DNA from: Candidatus Bathyarchaeota archaeon
GTDB taxonomy: Archaea > Thermoproteota > Bathyarchaeia > TCS64
Length of the DNA stretch: 64,000 nucleotides
Direction: 5' to 3'
Assembly: GCA_963771885.1 (NCBI GenBank)
Contig: CAVYVF010000022.1
Span: 256,001 to 320,000, forward strand
Position 1 is the stretch's first letter; each line of letters begins with the position of its first letter. Of the stretch, positions 27,696 to 38,308 are shown piece by piece. Both the position numbers and the translations under genes were made by a program. Below the pieces are notes generated by a model, which worked only from the letters and a program-made list of their open reading frames with translations, was not told the DNA's origin and did no database searches.

Positions 27696-29477
27696 TTGAG
27701 GGTCGCCGTAGTCGACAAGGAGAAGTGCAAGCCCGACAAGTGTGACGAGGTCTGCGTCAGGTTCTGCCCCATGGTGAGAACGCGCCGCGAGGCGATCCGA
27801 ATGGGAGACGACGGGAAGGCCTACGTCGCCGAGATGATATGCAGCGGCTGCGGCATCTGCGTGAAGAAGTGCCCATTCGACGCTCTCCGCATAGTCAACC
27901 TCCCCGACGAGTTGAAGACCGACCACACACACCGCTTTGGTCCCAACGCCTTCACTCTCTACAGGCTCCCCACGCTCAAGCAGGGGAGCGTCGTCGGCCT
28001 CCTCGGACGCAACGGCATAGGAAAGTCAACGATCCTACGCATCCTGAGCGGGGAGATGGTGCCGAACCTCGGTAAATACATGGAGCCGCCGATGAGGGAG
28101 GAGGTCAAGGAGAACTACGCGGGAAGGCCCATGTACGACTACCTAGATGCCCTCTACGGAGGGCGCATGCAGGTGGTACACAAACCCCAGTACGTCGATA
28201 AGATACCCAAGGTCGTTAAAGGTACAGTCGGCGAGGTCCTGAAGAGGCTGGACCAGCGCGGCTTGGCTGCGCAGGTCGCTAAGGACCTTGAGCTGGAGCA
28301 TCTGATGGACAGGACGCTCGATGTCCTCTCGGGTGGCGAACTACAACGCGTAGCGATCGCCACAGCCGTTCTGCGGGACGCCAAGGTCTATCTCTTCGAC
28401 GAGCCGAGCAGCCACCTCGACATCTACCAGCGCACAAAGGCGGCGCGCGTAATCAGGAGCCTCGTGGACGCGGATAAAATGGTCGTCGCCGCCGAGCACG
28501 ACCTCGCCGTCCTAGACTACATGAGCGACGATGTCTTCCTCCTTTACGGAGAACCCGATGTCTACGGCATAGTCAGCAAGATCCACAGCGTCCGCGAGGG
28601 CATCAACATCTACATAAACGGCTACATCCCCGACGAGAACATCCGCTTCAGGGAGCACCCGATAATCTTCCACGACAAGCCGCCGAACCCCGAGAGGAAG
28701 GGATCGCGCCCGCTCCTGCAGTGGACGGAGCTGAAGAAGCGCTACGGCGGCTTCAGCCTCGACGTGGAGGCAGGGAAGATTGGCGTCGGCGACGTCGTTG
28801 GCATCCTCGGCATGAACGGCATCGGAAAGACCACATTCATCAAGATGCTCGCAGGCGTCGAGAAACCCGATGAAGGCGCAGTAACCAACCCGACCCTCAG
28901 GGTGAGCTACAAGCCCCAGTACATAAGCCAGCAGAGCGTCGAGGGTACAGTAGAGCAGGTCCTACGCAAGGCGGCAGGCGATAAGTACGGTGAGCAGTGG
29001 TTCACCGCCGAAGTCGTCGAGCCGCTACACGTCAGGAGGATGCTTGAGAGGGACGTCAAGGTGCTCTCCGGCGGCGAGCTACAGCGCCTCGCCATCGCGG
29101 AGTGCCTCAGCAGGGACGCCGACATCTACCTACTCGACGAGCCTTCGGCATACCTCGACGTCGAAGAACGCCTCGCCGTGGCACGCGCCATACGCCGCAT
29201 CACAAAGATGCGCGGCGTCACAGCCTTCGTCGTCGAGCACGACATAGTCACTCAGGACTTCATCGCGGACAAGCTCATGGTCTTCACCGGCGAGGCGGGA
29301 AAAAGCGGCCACGCAGGTCAGCCGCTCAGCCTCGAGGACGGCATGAACGCCTTCCTAGAGCAGATGGGTGTCACCTTCCGCCGCGACGCCGACACGAAGA
29401 GACCCCGCGTCAACAAACCAGGTAGCAGGCTCGACAAGGAGCAGAAGGAGTCGGGCAACTACTACTACACGAGCTAG
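27696..29477 (+). CDS. rli: ribosome recycling ATPase ABCE1 (Rli1)
   Basis: N-terminal 2x[4Fe-4S], two NBDs (GRNGIGKS, GMNGIGKT, LSGGELQR twice), FRRD..RPRVNK..GNYYY. Confidence 0.97.
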   Translation: MRVAVVDKEKCKPDKCDEVCVRFCPMVRTRREAIRMGDDGKAYVAEMICSGCGICVKKCPFDALRIVNLPDELKTDHTHRFGPNAFTLYRLPTLKQGSVVGLLGRNGIGKSTILRILSGEMVPNLGKYMEPPMREEVKENYAGRPMYDYLDALYGGRMQVVHKPQYVDKIPKVVKGTVGEVLKRLDQRGLAAQVAKDLELEHLMDRTLDVLSGGELQRVAIATAVLRDAKVYLFDEPSSHLDIYQRTKAARVIRSLVDADKMVVAAEHDLAVLDYMSDDVFLLYGEPDVYGIVSKIHSVREGINIYINGYIPDENIRFREHPIIFHDKPPNPERKGSRPLLQWTELKKRYGGFSLDVEAGKIGVGDVVGILGMNGIGKTTFIKMLAGVEKPDEGAVTNPTLRVSYKPQYISQQSVEGTVEQVLRKAAGDKYGEQWFTAEVVEPLHVRRMLERDVKVLSGGELQRLAIAECLSRDADIYLLDEPSAYLDVEERLAVARAIRRITKMRGVTAFVVEHDIVTQDFIADKLMVFTGEAGKSGHAGQPLSLEDGMNAFLEQMGVTFRRDADTKRPRVNKPGSRLDKEQKESGNYYYTS

Positions 29478-30112
29478 ACCTCGCCGAGGATCAGTGCGAT
29501 CACCGCGACGAAGACGCCGGCAACCACCATCTGCAGTCCCGCTACTACGGCTCGCTTCTCACTTAATCTTCCAAGGAAAACGCCCAAGACGAATAATACG
29601 AGGAGGCTCGCCCCGATGCTCACGTAGAACGCGAGCTGGATCGGCATGAGGCCGAGCATCGTGAGGGCAAAGGGGATTATGCAGGGGAGGGAGGCGAGGA
29701 AGGGCGCCGAGCCGTCTATAACCGCGGCGAAGACAGAGACGAAGCGGGATGCCCGGCCGTACATTGTCGCACCCATGTCGATCAGCATCGCGTCCTCGAG
29801 CTCGTTCAGGCTCCTCGCCCTCTCGGCGCTCTCCGTCATGTAGGTGCCAGAGAAGCCAGAGACCGCCATGGCGACTCCGCTCATCAGTATGACGTTTATG
29901 ACGATGTGAGGGTCGCTTAACGCAGCGATATAACTGCCGATTACGACGCCGAGACTGGTCATCGCGCCGTCAAAGGCGTTCATAACGAAGTAGCGGCGGA
30001 GGATCCCCTTGGCGCGGGTAACCTGAAGGTACTCTGCGATGTTCTCTCTATAACCGCTTATAATGGCGCCGAGGTCCCAATGGGACGGCTCCCCGGCTTC
30101 CGAACTACCCAA
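29474..30112 (-). CDS. VIT1/CCC1-like (DUF125) membrane metal transporter
   Basis: RRYFVMNAFDG..GV, SG..GTYMTESAER, multiple TM helices; adjacent to DUF211. Confidence 0.8.
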   Translation of the reverse strand: MGSSEAGEPSHWDLGAIISGYRENIAEYLQVTRAKGILRRYFVMNAFDGAMTSLGVVIGSYIAALSDPHIVINVILMSGVAMAVSGFSGTYMTESAERARSLNELEDAMLIDMGATMYGRASRFVSVFAAVIDGSAPFLASLPCIIPFALTMLGLMPIQLAFYVSIGASLLVLFVLGVFLGRLSEKRAVVAGLQMVVAGVFVAVIALILGEV

Positions 30113-30128
30113 TTAGGCTCTATGCACT

Positions 30129-30194
30129 CCTGGGGCCGGCGTCCGTCGGCCCGACGGGAGAATACTCTCCTACGAGAATACTCTACGCTCAGGC
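30129..30194 (-). promoter_or_regulatory. structured 5' leader (three-way junction) of the VIT1-like gene
   Basis: Hand-folded: CCUG/CAGG, GCGU/ACGC, an 11-bp stem with GUAG loop, CCGUCG/CGACGG; TATA-like CTTAATAT at 30213-30220. Confidence 0.55.
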
Positions 30195-30330
30195 GTATAT
30201 GAGGGGCGGGCGATATTAAGAGTTATGAATTTCGAAAACTCGCGTGAATGAGGATGAAAGGTCTTAATATCAACCACCCAAGTGTAATAGCCGCAAACCC
30301 CCGAACAGTGGTTCGGAGGATTGAGCAAAA

Positions 30331-30591
30331 ATGAAGAGACTCGGTATCAAGTTTTTAGTTCTAGACGTTTTGAAGCCACACCAACCACCGCTGGCGGAGT
30401 TCGCGGAATACATAGGGGAGCTGAAGCCCATCACGAAGGTCGACGTCGGCCTCGAGGAGATTGATGAGAGGACTGAAAGCCTCAAGGTAACCGTCGAGGG
30501 GAACAGCATCGACTTCGATGAGCTCAAGGAGCACATAGCGCGCATAGGGGCCGTCGTCCACAGCGTCGATAAAGTGGTAGTCGCAGAGTAG
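30331..30591 (+). CDS. DUF211 family protein
   Basis: LVLDVLKPHQP, EIDERT, GAVVHSVDKV. Confidence 0.9.
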   Translation: MKRLGIKFLVLDVLKPHQPPLAEFAEYIGELKPITKVDVGLEEIDERTESLKVTVEGNSIDFDELKEHIARIGAVVHSVDKVVVAE

Positions 30592-30594
30592 GGA

Positions 30595-31393
30595 TTATTG
30601 AGGCTTGTAGGCCTCGACTGTGACGCTCTTGACCTTGAAGTCGATGTCGTACTCGCTGGTGTCATAGAAGGACTCTTTGAGTATCTTAGGCGTCTTGAAG
30701 CCTGCTGCCTCGATGTACTTTATGTACTCCTCCTGCGGGAGGGCGCCTGAGACACAGCTGGCCCAGGAGTCGAGGTCCTTCCTGATCTCCTCGGGTATCC
30801 TTCCCTCCGTGACTATGTCGCTTACGGTTATCCTGCCTCCGGGCTTGAGGACGCGGTGCGCCTCGCGGAAGACCTGCGCTTTGTCTGGACTGAGGTTGAT
30901 GACGCAGTTACTGATTATCGCGTCGATTAGTGGCGTCTTCGATCGGCATCTGCTCTATCTCGCCGAGGCGGAACTCGACGTTCTCGAAGCCGTACTCTTC
31001 AGCGGCCTCCTTCGCCCTCCTGATCATCGATTCGTTCATGTCTACGCCGTAGACTTTGCCCTTGGAGCCGACCTTCTTCGCGGCGAGGAAGACGTCTATG
31101 CCTCCGCCGCTGCCGAGGTCGAGGACGGTCTCGCCCGCCTTGAGCCCTACATAGCCCACGGGGGAGCCGCAGCCGAGGCCCAGTATCGCCTCCTGGGGTA
31201 TCTCCTCCAGCTCCTTGACGTTGTAGCCGATCATGGCGGCAGCCTGCTTGGGGTCTCCGCCGCCGCAGCAGCTTGCCTCCTCGCTGCCGCAGCCACAGCC
31301 GCTGTCGCCGCACCCGCAGCCGGTGTTCCTGCTCTCGGCCACAGCCGTGTACCTCGCCTTTACGGCTTCCTTGATCTCCTTCGCGCTCGCCAT
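30595..31393 (-). CDS. arsM: arsenite methyltransferase, +1 frameshift near 30928
   Basis: Cys-rich N-terminus, [15 protein letters not shown]; continues in the next frame as [19 protein letters not shown]. Confidence 0.88.
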
Positions 31394-31487
31394 TATGGTT
31401 CTCAAGAGGCTACCGCAGCTACATATTTAAAAATATTGATATGAATACGCGTAAGGCTTTTCAAGGCACCCACCCCTCGCTCAACCC

Positions 31488-32054
31488 ATGAGGGAGACCT
31501 GCGGCTGGGGCACCGGCGACCTCGAGATGGAGGCCTACCACGACTGCGAGTGGGGCGTACCCGTCCACGACGACCGCCTACACTTCGAGTTCATAGTCCT
31601 TGAGGGCGCCCAGGCGGGGCTGAGCTGGCGCACGGTCCTCCACAGGCGCCCTGCCTACAGGGAGGCCTACGACAATTTCGACCCCGCCAAGGTATCGAAG
31701 TACACCGACACAGACGTTGAGAGGATCATGGCGCACCCAGGGGTCATCCGCAACCGCAGGAAGATCGAGTCTGCGATCCAGAACGCCCGCGCCTTCCTCG
31801 CCGTCCAGAAGGAGTTTGGCACATTTGACGAGTACATCTGGGGCTTCGTCGGCGGCAAGCAGAAGCTGAACTCATTCACGAGTTTCAAGGAGATGCCCGC
31901 CGAGACCGAGGAGAGCAGAGCCATGAGCAAGGACTTAAAGAGGAGGGGCTTCAACTTCGTCGGCCCCACGATCTGCTATGCCTACATGCAAGCGGCCGGC
32001 CTGGTAAACGACCACCTAACCAAGTGCTATAGGTGGAAGGAAGTGCAGCGATGA
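31488..32054 (+). CDS. tag: DNA-3-methyladenine glycosylase I
   Basis: C.W..YHD.EWG, LEGAQAGLSW, IRNRRKI, GLVNDH..C. Confidence 0.95.
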   Translation: MRETCGWGTGDLEMEAYHDCEWGVPVHDDRLHFEFIVLEGAQAGLSWRTVLHRRPAYREAYDNFDPAKVSKYTDTDVERIMAHPGVIRNRRKIESAIQNARAFLAVQKEFGTFDEYIWGFVGGKQKLNSFTSFKEMPAETEESRAMSKDLKRRGFNFVGPTICYAYMQAAGLVNDHLTKCYRWKEVQR

Positions 32055-32938
32055 GCGTTTCCGGGCTCAAGCCCGTCCCCGAGCTCTTCTTCGAGAAGGC
32101 GGGGGAGCTACGCGAGGCCGACATCATCCTCTTCGGGGCGCCTCTCGACAAGACCGCCTCCTTCCGGGGTGGGAGCAGGTTCGCCCCCGCCGCGATACGT
32201 GGCGCGAGCCACTACATGGAGAGCTACAGTGTCAGGACGGGTCTCGACTGGGACGACCTGAAGCTGGTAGACGTTGGCGACATCAACGCCGGTGACGTTG
32301 AGTCCGCAGTCGAGGAGATACAGGCCGTCGTGCGGGAGATAGCAGCGATGCACAAGCTCCCCGCCATGTTTGGGGGAGAACACACGATTACCCTCGGCGC
32401 CCTACGTGCCCAAAACCCCGGCGCCGTCGTCGTCTTCGACGCCCACCTCGACCTCCGCGACGAGCTGTTCGAGGAGAGGCTCAGCCACGCAACGTACCTG
32501 CGTAGGGCGCACGAGGAGCTTGGATTCAAGCTCGTCATCGTCGCTGCACGCGCCTTGAGCGCCGAGGAGATTGAGTATGTGAACGAGAAGGGTGTCACAG
32601 TCGTGACGGCGCAGGACGTGAAGCGCTTCGGCGCCGAGCCAATCATCGAAATGATCAAGGACACGCTGGAAGGCGCCGACTCCGTATACCTGAGCGTCGA
32701 CATGGACGCCGTCGACCCATCCGAGGCGCCTGCCGTGGGGAACCCGAGCCCCGAGGGGATAACGGTCACCCAGCTACTAGACCTCATCACCGGCGTAGTC
32801 GATAACCGCCTCGTCGGATTCGACCTCAACGAGGTCTCTCCAAGCTACGACTCCGGCCTTACAGCTATCCAGGCCGCCTACATAGCCCTCGAAACCCTCT
32901 ACCTCGCCGAGAAGACCCGATTCGTCCCCCCCTCATAG
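32051..32938 (+). CDS. speB: agmatinase / ureohydrolase
   Basis: GGEHTIT, DAHLDLRD, SVDMDAVDP, EVSP; ATGA overlap with tag. Confidence 0.88.
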   Translation: MSVSGLKPVPELFFEKAGELREADIILFGAPLDKTASFRGGSRFAPAAIRGASHYMESYSVRTGLDWDDLKLVDVGDINAGDVESAVEEIQAVVREIAAMHKLPAMFGGEHTITLGALRAQNPGAVVVFDAHLDLRDELFEERLSHATYLRRAHEELGFKLVIVAARALSAEEIEYVNEKGVTVVTAQDVKRFGAEPIIEMIKDTLEGADSVYLSVDMDAVDPSEAPAVGNPSPEGITVTQLLDLITGVVDNRLVGFDLNEVSPSYDSGLTAIQAAYIALETLYLAEKTRFVPPS

Positions 32939-32970
32939 CCCTTATACCCGACCAAGTCGAAGACTAGGCG

Positions 32971-35539
32971 ATGGCGGCTCAGGACTTCAACATCATCGAC
33001 GAGGGCGAGGAGGAGATAAGGCCGAAGGGCCGAATGGCCCCGGACAACCTCCCGACCAGTTACCTCGTCAGCGCGGGCTACGACGGCGCGGAGCAGAAGG
33101 CATACCTACGCCTCTACGAGCCGGTCAGCCAGCAGGTCTACCTCTGGTACGACAACACGAGCCACCTCCCCTACTGCATAAGCCGTGAGTCGAGCCGGGA
33201 GCTTGAGAAGAACCAGCGCCTCCTCCGCCACGAGGGCTACTTCTTCATGGAGGACGTGAAGAAACACGACCCCCTCGCGGACGAGGAGATAACCGTCACC
33301 AAGGTCGTGGCGAAGGACCCCCTCAGCATCGGCGGGGGCAGGGGTCAGCCCATCAGGAGCATCATAGGCGACAGCTGGGAGAGCCGCATCCGCTACTACC
33401 AGTGCTACATCTACGACAGGCAGCTCATCACCGGGATGCCCTACAGGGTCGAGAACGGCAACCTAGTAGACGCCGGCTACAAGCTCGACGCCGAGACGGA
33501 GGCGAAGATCGACACCATCCTCGCGAAGATCGAGCCCGAGTTCAGGGGTAACATGAAGGAGTGGACGAGGCTCCTCCAGTGCCCCGTCCCCAAGCTGCGC
33601 CGCGTCGCCGTCGACATCGAGGTGCGCCCCAGCGTCCAGAACAGGCTGCCAAACGCCGACGAGGCGCAGGAGCCCATCACCGCCGTCGGCTTCAGCGCCA
33701 GCGACGGCTTCCGCAGGATACTGGTCTTAAACGACACGGGCCACGATGTGGAGACCCCCGTCTGCCTCGGCGCAGAGGTCAAGGTCTACACCGACGAGCG
33801 CGAAATGATCCGCGAGACCTTCCAGATACTTGACGAGTACCCGGTCGTCCTCACCTTCAACGGCGACGACTTCGACTTCCGCTTCATGCGCAACAGGGCG
33901 AAGAACCTCGGCGTCCCCGACTCCGAGAACCCCATCGCCCTGGGGCGACGCTTCGCCTTCCTCCGCAACGGCGTCCACCTCGACCTCTACAAGTTCTTCA
34001 TGAACAGGAGCATACAGGGCTACGCCTTCGGCAACAAGTACAGGGAGAACACCCTCAACGAGATATCCAAGAACCTCCTCAACATGGAGAAGCTGCAAGT
34101 CGGCGACATTGCTGCGGCGAAGTATACAGGACCTCGCCCAGTACTGCCTCAACGACGCCGACCTCACCTACCAGCTCACAGCCTTCAACCACGACCTCGC
34201 TATGAACCTCATCGTCCTCCTCACCAGGATCAGCAAGATGATCATGGAGGACGTTACCCGCAACGGCGTAAGCAGGTGGATACTCGCCCTTATGGAGTGG
34301 GAGCACCGCAGGCGCGGCTGGCTCATCCCCAACACTCAGGACATACTCGATGTCAAGGGGCAGGTCAGCACAACCAGCATCATCAAGGGCAAGAAGTACC
34401 AGGGCGCCATCGTCCGCGACCCCAAACCCGGCGTCCACTTCGGCGTCGTCGTTTGCGACTTCGCTAGCCTCTACCCCAGCGCCATACGCAACTGGAACCT
34501 GAGCTACGACACCATACTCTGCAACCACCCCGAGTGCAAGGATAACCTAGTCCCCGGCACGCCCCACTGGGTCTGCAAGCGCAACCGAGGCATGGCGAGC
34601 CTCATCATCGGCAGCCTCCGCGACCTGAGGGTCCAGTGGTACAAGCCCAGGAGTAGGGACAAGGCGCTCACTGCTGAGGAGCGCCAGTACTACGACGTCG
34701 TCACGCAGGCCCTCAAGGTCTTCCTCAACGCCAGCTACGGCGTCTTCGGCGCCGAGAGCTTCCCACTCTACTGCCCGCCTCTCGCCGAGAGCACCGCCGC
34801 CGTCGGCAGATACGCCATGAATAAGGCGGTCGACCAGAGCCACAAGCTAGGTATCGAGGTCATCTACGGCGACACCGACTCCGTCTTCATGGGGCAACCT
34901 ACACCCCAGCAGCTAGAAGCCATCGTAAAGTGGGCCGACGCTGAGCTCGGCATCGACTTAGACATCGACAAGACATACCGCTACGCCATATTCAGCAGCC
35001 GCAAGAAGAACTACCTTGGCGTCTACCCCGACGGCAAGCTCGACATAAAGGGCCTCACGGGGAAGAAGCGCCATATCCCACCCATCCTAAAGGACGCCTT
35101 CGTCAAGCTCACAACGATCCTCAGCAACGTCGAGAAGCCCGAGGAGTTCCCCTTCGCCAAGGAGGAGATAAAGACCCTTGTCACAACCATCAACCATCGC
35201 CTCAAGAACCGCGAGTTCGCTATAGAGGAGGTCGCCTTCAGCATGATGCTCGGCAAGGGACTCGCAGGCTACGACACCACTCCCCAGCACGTCAAGGCGG
35301 GCAGGATGCTCGAGGAGCAGGGTTACGAGCTCAAGGAGGGGGACATAATCAGCTATGTCGTTACCAAGGACGGCGTCAAGCCCGTCCAGATCGCGGGCAA
35401 GAAGGACGTAGATATAGGCAAGATGGAGGAGTACCTCGAGGGCACCTTCGAGCAGGTGCTCGACGCCCTCGACATGAGCTTCGACGAGCTCGTCGGGCGC
35501 CCACGCCAGACGGGGCTCGGCGCATTCTTCACGCGCTAG
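32971..35539 (+). CDS. polB: family B DNA polymerase (B1-like), +1 frameshift near 34120
   Basis: Exo DIE, FNGDDFD, YC..D; pol DFASLYPS, K..LNASYG, YGDTDS, KKNY; C-terminal PIP box QTGLGAFF; split across ORFs 32971-34467 and 34109-35539. Confidence 0.95.
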
Positions 35540-36069
35540 AGGCCATCTAGAAGACGGCGGGCTTTCTCCATCTCGTCGGGCTTTCCCGCGACCTCACCCC
35601 TCTCATTCGCCGTGGCAAGGACCTCACCGCTATAGACGAGGCCGAGGTACTTGTAGCTCAGCTTCAGACTGTCAACAAGCGGGGCACAGGCGCTGGGCCC
35701 CTCCTCGCTGGGGGCGATGAGGTACGCCTTCTTGCCCTCGAGCTTCCTGTTGGCGACGTAGGGGCGTAGGCGGTCTATGAGGAGCTTCATCTTGGCCGTG
35801 GGGCCGTACCAGTAGATGGGCGTCGCGAGGATGAGGGCGTCGGCGGCGTCTATCTCCGCGTATATCTTCGGCATGTCGTCCTTGAGGACGCACTTCAGCT
35901 CTCCCTTCTTGCATGCGCGGCAGTCGACGCAGGGCTCAATCCGATAGTCGTATAGGCGCAGCTTCCTCCCCGCGTGGCCGTGCCTCTCAGCCTCGGCGAG
36001 TGCGGCGTCGACGAGTATCTCCGTGTTGCCGCCCTTTCGGGGGCTGCCGTTAAGAGCGAGTACCTTCAT
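35536..36069 (-). CDS. iron-sulfur flavoprotein / multimeric flavodoxin
   Basis: NGSPRKGGNT, PCVDCRAC..C..DDM, ATPIYW. Confidence 0.88.
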   Translation of the reverse strand: MKVLALNGSPRKGGNTEILVDAALAEAERHGHAGRKLRLYDYRIEPCVDCRACKKGELKCVLKDDMPKIYAEIDAADALILATPIYWYGPTAKMKLLIDRLRPYVANRKLEGKKAYLIAPSEEGPSACAPLVDSLKLSYKYLGLVYSGEVLATANERGEVAGKPDEMEKARRLLDGL

Positions 36070-36109
36070 TGGCAGAGACTCGCCGCGGGTGCCTTTATCA
36101 CTATCCTCC

Positions 36110-36440
36110 TCAATCGTCGTCCATGATGAGTGCGCCCTGGCTGCCCTGCTCGGCGTCCTCGGTATCCAGCACCTCTTACGGCAGCGCGTCGATGTCTGGT
36201 GTGTCCTTGCTTATCTCCCCGTACTTCGTCTTGTTGGCGATTATCGCGTACCAAGGCGCGGCGGCGTCGGCGGCCATCCCGATGACGGTGTCCCTAATGA
36301 ACTCTAGCACGCCCTTGCACCTGCCCGTGTACCCCCCGATGCAGCTCGTAGCCTATCATGTAGCTGGTGAAGATCGACCTCCAGACGAGCCCTTTGAAGG
36401 CGCCGCTCAGGTAGGGTAGGAAGCCCCGCGCGCGGATGGG
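36110..36440 (-). pseudogene. coding-like gene remnant of unknown family
   Basis: Minus-strand frame ..GVLEFIRDTVIGMAADAAAPWYAIIANKTKYGEISKDTPDIDALP*EVLDTED.. with internal TAA (36176-36178), an upstream frame change and no proper start. Confidence 0.35.
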
Positions 36441-36483
36441 AGAAGACTATAATATCGGAGCCGCGGCATCGTATTCGGTCAAT

Positions 36484-37791
36484 ATGACCGGTTTCGTAGA
36501 CATAGCCGAGATAATCGGTGGAAAGCACGACGGAGAAGACGTCAAGATACGCGGCTGGCTCTACAACAGCAGGAGCAGCGGCAGCATAGTCTTCCTCCAG
36601 ATACGCGACGGCACAGGTGTACTTCAGTGCACCGTCAACAAGAAAAACGTCGACGAAGCCACCTTCAATAACCTCGAGAAGCTCCCCCAGGAGTCTACAC
36701 TTGAGCTTAAGGGGAAGGTCCGCGCGGACCAGAGAGCCCCAGGTGGCTACGAGCTCTCCGCCAATAATCTGGGCACAGTCTACGAGGCGCAGCCAGATTA
36801 CCCTATAACGCTGAAGGACCACGGCCTCGAGTTCCTCCTAGACAACAGGCACCTCAGCATCAGGGACCCGCGGCTCCAGATGGTATTCAAGATCAAGGCC
36901 CAGTTCATGAGGAGCGCCCGCGAGTGGTTCTGGGAGAACGGCTACACTGAGACCCAGAGCCCCAGCTTCACCAGCGCCGCATGCGAGGGTGGCTCAACAC
37001 TCTTTGAGGTCAAGTACTTCGACAAGAAGAATGTCTACCTGAGCCAGAGCTGGCAGCTCTACGCCGAGGCTATGATAAGCAGCCTTGGAAAGATATTCAC
37101 CATCGCCCCCAGCTTCAGGGCCGAGCCCAGCAGGACCCGCCGCCACGTGACCGAGTTCTGGCACATGGAGGTCGAGGAGCCCTGGACGACCCACGACGGC
37201 ATCATGAAGACGGGGGACGCCCTGGTCTCGTACATCGCCAACGATCTAGCGACGAAGATGCCGAAGGAGGTTCAGGCGTGCGGCAGGGACCCAAAGGAGC
37301 TTCTCAGGGTACAGCCGCCTTTCCCGAGGATCAAGTACGACGAGGCGGTCGAGATACTGCAGAAGGAGGGTGTGGAGATGAACTGGGGGGACGACTTCGG
37401 CTGGCAGCAGGAGGCGCCGCTCACGAAGCACTTCGACCTGCCCTTCTGGGTGACGGGCTTCCCCACGGGGATAAAGCCCTTCTACCACATGCCCGACCCG
37501 GCGAGGCCGGACACGACGATGTCGGGCGACCTGCTCGCCCCCGAGGGCTACGGCGAGATCATCGGAGGCGGCCAGCGCGTCCACGACTACCAGCAGCTCC
37601 TCCAGCGCGTCATCGACGACAACCTCAACCCCGAGGATTACAAGTGGTACATGGAGCTGCGCAAGTGGGGTACGGTGCCGCACAGCGGCTTCGGCCTAGG
37701 GATAGAGCGCGTCCTCTGCTGGATGCTCAAGCTGGAGCACATCAGGGACACGATACCCTTCCCCCGCGACATGCGCAGGGTCTACCCGTAA
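36484..37791 (+). CDS. asnS: asparagine--tRNA ligase
   Basis: OB fold (RGW, IRDGTG), EGGSTLF, YLSQS, FRAE..TRRH..EFW, PEGYGEIIGG, PHSGFGLGIER. Confidence 0.88.
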   Translation: MTGFVDIAEIIGGKHDGEDVKIRGWLYNSRSSGSIVFLQIRDGTGVLQCTVNKKNVDEATFNNLEKLPQESTLELKGKVRADQRAPGGYELSANNLGTVYEAQPDYPITLKDHGLEFLLDNRHLSIRDPRLQMVFKIKAQFMRSAREWFWENGYTETQSPSFTSAACEGGSTLFEVKYFDKKNVYLSQSWQLYAEAMISSLGKIFTIAPSFRAEPSRTRRHVTEFWHMEVEEPWTTHDGIMKTGDALVSYIANDLATKMPKEVQACGRDPKELLRVQPPFPRIKYDEAVEILQKEGVEMNWGDDFGWQQEAPLTKHFDLPFWVTGFPTGIKPFYHMPDPARPDTTMSGDLLAPEGYGEIIGGGQRVHDYQQLLQRVIDDNLNPEDYKWYMELRKWGTVPHSGFGLGIERVLCWMLKLEHIRDTIPFPRDMRRVYP

Positions 37792-37805
37792 AAAGGAGAG
37801 CTTTC

Positions 37806-38220
37806 TTACTTTTTCAGGGAGGCGACGTATTCGTCGACCTTCCTATCGATCTGGTTTAGGATAATCTCCTTCGACTTGAAGGTGGCTGAAGCGATGGGCT
37901 TCTTGCCTACGAGCTTCTCCATGCCCCCGAGTGTGCCTGCGGGCCACAGGCTGTATGTGGCGTATACGGCGTAGCGGGGGAGCTTCGCCCCGTACTGTTT
38001 GAGGTATCCCTGAATGGGTTGGCTTGTCTGGAAGCCGTTTACGGGGGTTCCCACAACGACGAGGTCGTAGCCGGAGGGATCGATGTTCGGCTGTCACCGC
38101 TCCCTGCTCGTTAACCTCGCAGATGTCGCCGCCCATCCTCTTGGCAATCCCCTCGGCGACAGCCTTCGTGTTTCCACCCTTCGAATAAAAAACTACTAAA
38201 CATTTTCCACTCATTGTCAT
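37806..38220 (-). CDS. flavodoxin-like protein, +1 frameshift near 38089
   Basis: VFYSKGGNTKAVAE.. joins ..YDLVVVGTPV in the next frame. Confidence 0.75.
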
Positions 38221-38308
38221 CGTATCACCTCTCTCGGGCTCCCATTCATACCTTTCGAATCACGGCGAAAGGCGTTAAACGCTGTTGTGGGAGTATGTAG
38301 CGATACAT

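Noticed and set aside
32971..35539. Naturally split or programmed-frameshift PolB
   Set aside because: A single extra A in the exonuclease domain, no slippery site, same pattern as the other +1 errors
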